From: a virus
Lineage: Duplodnaviria; Caudoviricetes
Length of the DNA stretch: 64,000 nucleotides
Virus record (IMG/VR): IMGVR_UViG_3300032050_000120
Coordinates: 451-64,450 of that record
Strand: one strand, 5' to 3'
The position numbers were made by a program, and so were the translations under genes. Shown here in pieces: positions 58,601-64,000 of the stretch. Positions within the stretch are counted from its first letter, which is position 1; every line of letters starts with the position of its first letter. The notes beneath the pieces are model-generated. The model was not told where the DNA came from. It ran no database searches and saw only the letters and a list, made by a program, of their open reading frames with translations.

Positions 58601-59086
58601 CTAAGCGCGAAGTTCTTTTAGACGGTCTGCACAGTGGGTAGCAGCCCATGCCTGTGGTTTGACCATCGGTATGACATTACACATACCACGAATGTATCCA
58701 ATAGCTTCCTGGACAACGCAAGAAGATCCATAAATCTCATTCGGGTTAATGTCAAGGTGAACATCGCACTCAAAATCTTCACCCAGGGTTTTCCCAAGGT
58801 TAATGTATAGTTCAGCCACTTTAATAACTTCGTTCATCAGACGCATACGTGGGCGACCTTTGTTTTGATCATAATCGCGCTCACGATCTACTTGACCAAA
58901 TACACGACAACCGTGGCGACCACCAATGTGGACAACAATAACAGATGCGTAATCAGCATACCAAACATCTTTGATTATAACTCGTTCAGAGTCACAGCCG
59001 ATATAAAGTTTTGAGTTTGGATTGGCTTCTATGTAAGCTTTTACTTCTTCAAAATTAATTTTTGTTTTATAATCAAACATAGCCAT
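58601..59086 (-). CDS. RNase H-like YkuK/DUF458 family protein
   Basis: YIGCDS; RLMNEV; VHLDIN; KPQAWAATHCAD. Confidence 0.8.
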   Translation of the reverse strand: MAMFDYKTKINFEEVKAYIEANPNSKLYIGCDSERVIIKDVWYADYASVIVVHIGGRHGCRVFGQVDRERDYDQNKGRPRMRLMNEVIKVAELYINLGKTLGEDFECDVHLDINPNEIYGSSCVVQEAIGYIRGMCNVIPMVKPQAWAATHCADRLKELRA

Positions 59087-59099
59087 TCTTTATTTATTG

Positions 59100-59175
59100 T
59101 GGTACGGGTGGTGGGACTCGAACCCACAAAACTCAGATTTTAAGTCTGATACGTATACCATTCCATCACACCCGT
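59100..59175 (-). tRNA. tRNA-Leu(UAA), short variable loop
   Basis: cloverleaf; TCAGA-CTTAAAA-TCTGA; CCA encoded. Confidence 0.85.
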
Positions 59176-59178
59176 ATT

Positions 59179-59253
59179 TGGTACGCAATGAGGGGTTCGA
59201 ACCCCCGACCTTCGCCGTGTAAAGGCACTGCTCTACCGCTGAGCTAATCGCGC
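59179..59253 (-). tRNA. tRNA-Val(UAC)
   Basis: cloverleaf; TTTACAC loop; CCA. Confidence 0.88.
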
Positions 59254-59260
59254 ATGTTTC

Positions 59261-59350
59261 TGGTGGTTCTCACAGGACTTGAACCTGTATAACCCTCTAA
59301 TCTGGAGTGCGAGGTATAAGCTCGGTGCATTACCATTATGCTAGAGAACC
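59261..59350 (-). tRNA. tRNA-Ile(UAU) with long variable arm
   Basis: GGTTCTC/GAGAACC acceptor; CGAG-CTTATAC-CTCG; ~19 nt variable region; CCA. Confidence 0.75.
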
Positions 59351-59399
59351 AAATTGCTTATCCTGTTATCAAAAACATACTAAGTCAATATGCTTTTGA

Positions 59400-59680
59400 T
59401 AGCCCTCTACTGGAGAGGACGACCACTTCCGTTGAGAAACCCACTCGGAAGAACAGTTGGATCAAGCAGCAAGTGCCTGAATGTAGTTATCGTCATTTGC
59501 GATTACTTTGGTTTGCGCTGATTGAGTCAGTCGCCTCACTGGTTGTCCAGTCGGATATCTTTCCCTGTCGAATCTGAAACTGCCCCATCAAAAATATTTT
59601 ACTCAGAAAACATTTTTGGTGGAGCAGACGGGATTTGCACCCGTGTCCAAGAAACCTTCTCGTTCCTTCATACAACCATA
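59400..59680 (-). ncRNA. ssrA: circularly permuted two-piece tmRNA; tag ANDDNYIQALAA
   Basis: acceptor piece ending ...TCCCGTCTGCTCCACCA (3' end 59617) precedes coding piece starting GGGGCAG...GATTCGAC (59586); G3-U70 pair; tag ORF 59462-59500. Confidence 0.9.
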
Positions 59681-59701
59681 TAAACTATTTAGTTTAAGTA
59701 T

Positions 59702-59777
59702 TGGTGCGCCCACTAGGATTCGAACCTAGAACCAAAGGATTATGAGTCCTCTGCTCTAACCGTTGAGCTATAGGCAC
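59702..59777 (-). tRNA. tRNA-CAU (Ile2-like or elongator Met)
   Basis: GAGGA-CTCATAA-TCCTT; CCA. Confidence 0.85.
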
Positions 59778-59903
59778 TTATTTCGCGTAGTCGAGATCGT
59801 GAAGGTCACTTGTGGCTTCAACGATCTCTTGAATAAGTTCCTTGTCGGTCTTTTCAGTTTCTTCACCTGGTGGTGTTACTTCAGTTAATACTTGCTTTTC
59901 CAT
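59778..59903 (-). CDS. small acidic protein within tRNA array
   Basis: 41 aa (MEKQVLTE...); AAGAGG RBS. Confidence 0.45.
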   Translation of the reverse strand: MEKQVLTEVTPPGEETEKTDKELIQEIVEATSDLHDLDYAK

Positions 59904-59917
59904 TGTATACCTCTTAT

Positions 59918-60009
59918 TGGCGGAAGTGGTAGGATTTGAACCCACGGATCCTTCTCAGGATCGTCTGATTTCAAGTCAGGTGCATTAAACCAAGCTCTGC
60001 CACACTTCC
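59918..60009 (-). tRNA. tRNA-Ser(UGA)
   Basis: CTTGAAA loop; long variable arm; G73; CCA. Confidence 0.9.
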
Positions 60010-60015
60010 TTAAAT

Positions 60016-60100
60016 TGCGCGCCCTCGGTTAATTCCAAGTCCTCGTTCACCTGTTCAATTAGGGCTACTTGGGTACATGTGCTTTAGGCACATCCACGCA
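60016..60100 (-). ncRNA. unassigned structured RNA between tRNA-Ala and tRNA-Ser
   Basis: terminal stem TGCGTG/CGCGCA; hairpin ATGTGC/GCACAT; stem CCAAGT/ACTTGG. Confidence 0.5.
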
Positions 60101-60103
60101 TTT

Positions 60104-60179
60104 TGGTGGATCCAGTCGGACTCGAACCGACCACATCCAGCTTGCAAAGCTGGCGCTCTCCCAGATGAGCTATGGACCC
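60104..60179 (-). tRNA. tRNA-Ala(UGC)
   Basis: CCAGC-TTTGCAA-GCTGG; G3-U70; CCA. Confidence 0.92.
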
Positions 60180-60185
60180 GTAAAT

Positions 60186-60262
60186 TGGTCGGAGTACAAG
60201 GATTCGAACCTTGGACCTCTTGCTCCCAAAGCAAGCGCACTACCAAGCTGTGCTATACTCCG
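60186..60262 (-). tRNA. tRNA-Pro(UGG)
   Basis: CTTGC-TTTGGGA-GCAAG; CCA. Confidence 0.92.
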
Positions 60263-60270
60263 ATATAATT

Positions 60271-60347
60271 TGGCGCACTCGGTAGGAGTCGAACCCACAA
60301 CCAACGGAGTAGAAGTCCGTTGCTCTATCCAGTTGAGCTACGAGCGC
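60271..60347 (-). tRNA. tRNA-Arg(UCU)
   Basis: ACGGA-CTTCTAC-TCCGT; CCA. Confidence 0.92.
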
Positions 60348-60384
60348 ATAACTTATTATATCATAAAACTTATTGTTAATCAAA

Positions 60385-60472
60385 TGGTACGCCTGGTCGG
60401 AGTCGAACCGACAGTGCCCTTTCGGACGCTGGAACCTAAATCCAGAGAGTCTCCCAATTCCTCTACAGGCGC
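60385..60472 (-). tRNA. tRNA-Leu(UAG)
   Basis: CTGGA-TTTAGGT-TCCAG; long variable arm; CCA. Confidence 0.9.
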
Positions 60473-60475
60473 GTA

Positions 60476-61111
60476 CTATTTTTTTAATAACTTAACATGA
60501 ACACCAGAAGCTGCGATACCAGTTAACTTTTTAACCTCAACCTGGTGTCCGTTTCTTTTCGCATAGTCATGAACATAGTCTTTCAGTTCATCACCATCAA
60601 ACCCTTTTTGGTAGGATCTTTCAGAACCTTTCTTAACCCACATCGCTTTCTTTTCTTCAGCGGGTTCAGAATTCTTGTTCTTCTCGATATCACCTTTCCA
60701 CTTTCGTGTGCCGATAATAGCGTGTCCACCTTCCTTAATGGAGTTGAATATGGAGTGCATTACATGCTCTCTAACATTTGGTTCTACAACATTCAACACA
60801 TTATGGCAAACTGCTGCATCATAACCATTCTTTGGTATCTTAGATGCGTTTGTATACTCTGGTGCTTCTTTACGTCCTTCTGGGTTTGGTTCGTGGTCAT
60901 GAACAACATAACCTTTACCCAGACCTTTCATCAATGCTTTCTTTGTGTGATCTAAACCAGCACCGATGCTAATAATCTTAGACTTCGGTTCAAGCTTATC
61001 ACTCAAATATACACCAGTCTTCTCGTAGGTTCCACCAGTGGTGGCTACCTGGGTTTTCCTGGTGTTGTTAAGTTTTGTTTCTTCATTAATAAATTGACTA
61101 AAGGATAACAT
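60476..61111 (-). CDS. class I SAM-dependent methyltransferase with capsid-targeting-like N-terminus
   Basis: MLSFSQFINEE; IISIGAG; YDAAVCHNVLNVV; SYQKGF; ATAAATA late promoter upstream. Confidence 0.75.
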   Translation of the reverse strand: MLSFSQFINEETKLNNTRKTQVATTGGTYEKTGVYLSDKLEPKSKIISIGAGLDHTKKALMKGLGKGYVVHDHEPNPEGRKEAPEYTNASKIPKNGYDAAVCHNVLNVVEPNVREHVMHSIFNSIKEGGHAIIGTRKWKGDIEKNKNSEPAEEKKAMWVKKGSERSYQKGFDGDELKDYVHDYAKRNGHQVEVKKLTGIAASGVHVKLLKK

Positions 61112-61147
61112 AATAATTCCTAATATTGTCAAGTATTTATGTTCGTT

Positions 61148-61221
61148 TGGAGCGTCCAGTGGGAGTCGAACCCACGACCTGAACTTGGAAGGATCACATT
61201 TTACCGTTAAACTATGGACGC
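61148..61221 (-). tRNA. tRNA-Gly(UCC)
   Basis: CTTCCAA loop; U73; CCA. Confidence 0.88.
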
Positions 61222-61224
61222 ATT

Positions 61225-61300
61225 TGGTGCTGTCTGTGGGAATCGAACTCACGACATCCTGCTTACAAGGCAGGTGCTCTACCGACTGAGCTAAGACAGC
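61225..61300 (-). tRNA. tRNA-Thr(UGU)
   Basis: CCTGC-CTTGTAA-GCAGG; CCA. Confidence 0.92.
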
Positions 61301-61312
61301 GTATTGTGTGCA

Positions 61313-61858
61313 TTAACCCTCTACACTATAAACTTTACTTGGGCTGACCCAATCAAAACTTGGTTTGCCTTCTATCCAACTATCATCAAGCCATAATAAT
61401 TTATTGTTAGGATAAGCCACCCACTGCCCAGACTCTAAACTAATTATATGATGATTCTTGTGTTGATCTGGTATTTCACTGAAGCCACCAGTAGCCCAAT
61501 CTATTGTGAATAGATACGAGCCTCGTCTTAGTTGTTTATCTCGTCCATAGCAATTTACCGCATGGTTTCTTAGAAAAGCAAATTCATGAACCGTGCAATA
61601 TCTACTATAGCAGTCCCACCAAACGCTAACATCCAGGGGGAGTGGATCACAGGGTTTACTGCATATCATATGTATCGGAACTCTAGCCCACTGTGCTCCA
61701 TTAGCAAGCATAACCTGGAACATAGGCACTCGCTGCGGTTCACTTCGGAAACCAAATACATAGGCTTCAGTAAAATCCCCATAACCACGTTTTTCGTCAT
61801 AGAAAAATTCTTGACGAATAAAACATCTTGTGTATGGAGTATCAACTAAAAAAGTCAT
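61313..61858 (-). CDS. conserved phage hypothetical protein
   Basis: NGAQWARVPIH; WDCYS; YLFTIDW; QHK..H; YPNN. Confidence 0.7.
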   Translation of the reverse strand: MTFLVDTPYTRCFIRQEFFYDEKRGYGDFTEAYVFGFRSEPQRVPMFQVMLANGAQWARVPIHMICSKPCDPLPLDVSVWWDCYSRYCTVHEFAFLRNHAVNCYGRDKQLRRGSYLFTIDWATGGFSEIPDQHKNHHIISLESGQWVAYPNNKLLWLDDSWIEGKPSFDWVSPSKVYSVEG

Positions 61859-61884
61859 TGTGTATTATTTATACAAGAATTATA

Positions 61885-62172
61885 TCACACCTTATCCAGA
61901 ATTGCAACAACGTCTTCTTCATTGATGAATGAATAGTCTAGCCCACTGATTCTGACGGGTAAGGCTTTCGTCCACATGATATAGATGGTGTATCCTGGCT
62001 TGACGTGCTCTACATCAGGTCCACACTCGATCACAGTTGCGGTTCGAGATTCATCACCCGTACCACTTTCAACTATGATACCAGAAAGCGTTTTGGTTTG
62101 TACGTCATTTGCTTTGATTAAAATACGCTTGTGTAGCGGGAATACATGATTCATTCTGGCTAGTTCATTCAT
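61885..62172 (-). CDS. GroES-like co-chaperonin (gp31-like)
   Basis: PLHKRILI...TLSGII...VIECGPDV...EEDVVAI. Confidence 0.8.
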   Translation of the reverse strand: MNELARMNHVFPLHKRILIKANDVQTKTLSGIIVESGTGDESRTATVIECGPDVEHVKPGYTIYIMWTKALPVRISGLDYSFINEEDVVAILDKV

Positions 62173-62678
62173 TTTAGCATCCTTTTCTTGTTTCGGGTTA
62201 TTTTAGTACGGAGTTTACGGGCAGCTTCTATTTGCATATTAGTTGCGTTTTTGTAGAACGGGGTTCCGTTCAGGTGGTCTAGTTCGTGTAGGAAACATCG
62301 ACAGTGCCACTCATCAAAGGTCTTGGTTGTGGTAGTACCAGATGGGGTAGTAAAACGAACCTTAACCGTGTGTGGGCGTTTAATGTCAATCCAAAAGTCT
62401 GGGTAGGATAAACAACCCTCTTGCATCTTGGCAAGTCCAGAGCTGACCGCCACGACTTTTGGATTGAAGCATACGAATGCTGGGCTACCTTCCATGACAA
62501 AAACACGGTAGGGTAAACCAACTTGATTTGCAGATAAGCCTATTCCCTGGTTGGCTCTCATAGTTTCGATCAGATCGAGTGCCAGCTGCTCTGGGTCGCA
62601 GGGTGGATTTTCAAAATCAAATTTTTGCATCTCTTGAAACAGCATTTCGTGATTTTCGGGTAAAAGCTTGTATATCAT
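62169..62678 (-). CDS. def: peptide deformylase
   Basis: GIGLSANQVG; EGCLS; HELDHLNG. Confidence 0.93.
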   Translation of the reverse strand: MIYKLLPENHEMLFQEMQKFDFENPPCDPEQLALDLIETMRANQGIGLSANQVGLPYRVFVMEGSPAFVCFNPKVVAVSSGLAKMQEGCLSYPDFWIDIKRPHTVKVRFTTPSGTTTTKTFDEWHCRCFLHELDHLNGTPFYKNATNMQIEAARKLRTKITRNKKRMLK

Positions 62679-64000
62679 GCTGCAATCCTTGAAAATGATT
62701 TGTACTTCTCAAACTTAATAATGCTGTGGAACTTATCGTACATCTGGTCTGTCTTGTGGCTGATAACGAAAGTATTGTTGTCACCATCGATGGTATTGAT
62801 GATCTTTAGGAACTCGTCCGTACCACTACTATCCAGAGCACCATCGAAGATCTCGTCCAGAATCAACAGATTTGTTGTGGTTGAGTTACGCATTCTGGCA
62901 ATGGCTCTCCAGGTGAAAAGTAGTGCCAGATCGATTCTGGTCTTCTCACCTTCAGAGAATGATGCATAACTGAACTCGTCACGGAACCTGGACTTGATGG
63001 TCTCGCTGAAGTTCTCGTCCAATTCAAACTGGACAAAGAAGTCCATCGATGCAAGATACTTGTTGATCAGCTTGTTCATGATAGGAACATACTGCTTGAT
63101 AATCTTAGCTTTGATGCCACCGTCTTTGAGAAGAAGTGATGCGGTCTCAAGAGTGTCTTTATCTTTCAATATCTGTTTCTTGTTTTCAATAAGATCTGCC
63201 AACTCTTTTTCTTTTGCTTTAGCCTGTGACTCAGCGACTGGATCCACAGAAGTTCTATTCTTGATGTTATCCATCTCGGTCATGTAAGTCTGGGCAAGCT
63301 TGGCATGGGTCTTTGCTTCAAAAGTCGTATTATGAATCGAAGCTTCCATAGCAGCGATATCATTATCATCCTCAATAAATCGATTCAGATCGTCTTCGAT
63401 TTTGTCGAACACATGGTCACATTTTTCCATCTCTAAAATAGACTCCATAATAATAGATTCTTTTTCTTTGATAGTGTTTGCCCTAAACTCTTCTGTGATA
63501 TTTTGCTTACAGGTCGGACAATCAACATGCTTTTCCAGGAACTCAACTTCATTTTGCAGTTTTGATGCTATCCGTGCATGTTTGTTCTGATACTCTCTGG
63601 CACTCCTAGCAGCACCCTCAATTCTTGAGCGTTCACTGTGGCTTTCTTTGATCTGAGCAATCCTACCCCTCATCTCGTCAACATATCGAATCTTATCTTT
63701 GGCTTTCTCGGTTTCCTGGTCAATCTTCTGTTGAAGCTTGGTGATGCTCTCACCATCAAAACGTTTCATGGCTTCTAGGTTGTCGTTGACTAACTTGATA
63801 TATTGTTGAGCCAGCATGATGCTGTGATCTGTAGATTGAATGTCCTGTTTGTTCTGAGAGATTCGCTCTTTCAGAAGTGTGTTCATGGTGCTGAATACCT
63901 GAAGGTCAAGGAGATCCTCGATCACTTCTCTTCGATGTGCAGCGGTAAGTTGCATGAACGGAACATAGGAAGCGGATCCAATGACAACGATCTGGGCAAA
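62675..64000 (-). CDS. 46: gp46 recombination endonuclease ATPase (Rad50-like), 5' end outside the window
   Basis: CPTC Zn-hook; FSEGEK signature; LILDEIFD; VISH. Confidence 0.93.
   Translation of the reverse strand, partial: FAQIVVIGSASYVPFMQLTAAHRREVIEDLLDLQVFSTMNTLLKERISQNKQDIQSTDHSIMLAQQYIKLVNDNLEAMKRFDGESITKLQQKIDQETEKAKDKIRYVDEMRGRIAQIKESHSERSRIEGAARSAREYQNKHARIASKLQNEVEFLEKHVDCPTCKQNITEEFRANTIKEKESIIMESILEMEKCDHVFDKIEDDLNRFIEDDNDIAAMEASIHNTTFEAKTHAKLAQTYMTEMDNIKNRTSVDPVAESQAKAKEKELADLIENKKQILKDKDTLETASLLLKDGGIKAKIIKQYVPIMNKLINKYLASMDFFVQFELDENFSETIKSRFRDEFSYASFSEGEKTRIDLALLFTWRAIARMRNSTTTNLLILDEIFDGALDSSGTDEFLKIINTIDGDNNTFVISHKTDQMYDKFHSIIKFEKYKSFSRIAA

Noticed and set aside
60016-60100. 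Assignment of the structured RNA as a twister, pistol or hammerhead ribozyme
   Set aside because: Only superficial similarity; conserved catalytic cores could not be matched by eye, so it is left unassigned.
59338-60500. ORFs in the track overlapping the tRNA/tmRNA array
   Set aside because: They are explained by the RNA genes. The N-terminal extension of ORF 60476-61252 over tRNA-Gly/Thr was likewise trimmed to 61111.
1-64000. Alternative genetic code or introns/inteins in core genes
   Set aside because: gp43, nrdA/B, gp41, uvsX and primase are uninterrupted and of normal length in the standard code, and no suppressor tRNA was found.

Overview
A 64 kb piece of a large T4-like (Tevenvirinae-related) dsDNA myophage genome. 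The host is Gram-negative, since the phage carries spanins and an outer-membrane beta-barrel. Family calls come from motif recognition only; no database searches were run. (1) 1-11.4 kb is an early, hypervariable region of small ORFs driven by repeated sigma70 promoter/terminator cassettes, and it ends in a G-tract/A-tract non-coding block. (2) 11.8-46.7 kb holds nucleotide-metabolism genes (nrdAB, thyX, rnh, exonuclease), primase, lysis genes, Dps, a collagen-like fibre with neighbouring modification enzymes, and many late genes whose products carry T4 internal-protein-like capsid-targeting N-termini. (3) 46.8-55.5 kb is the T4 replication core (41, uvsX, 43, regA, 62, 44, 45). (4) 59.1-61.3 kb is an array of 11 tRNAs that also contains a circularly permuted (two-piece) tmRNA and an unassigned structured RNA, followed by GroES-like, peptide deformylase and gp46 genes. 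The most notable signals are a dispersed set of putative capsid-packaged, protease-matured cargo enzymes and polyproteins, the two-piece tmRNA, and early promoters with a fixed-register GAAC-N7-GAAC box and the -35 hexamer placed in a terminator loop.
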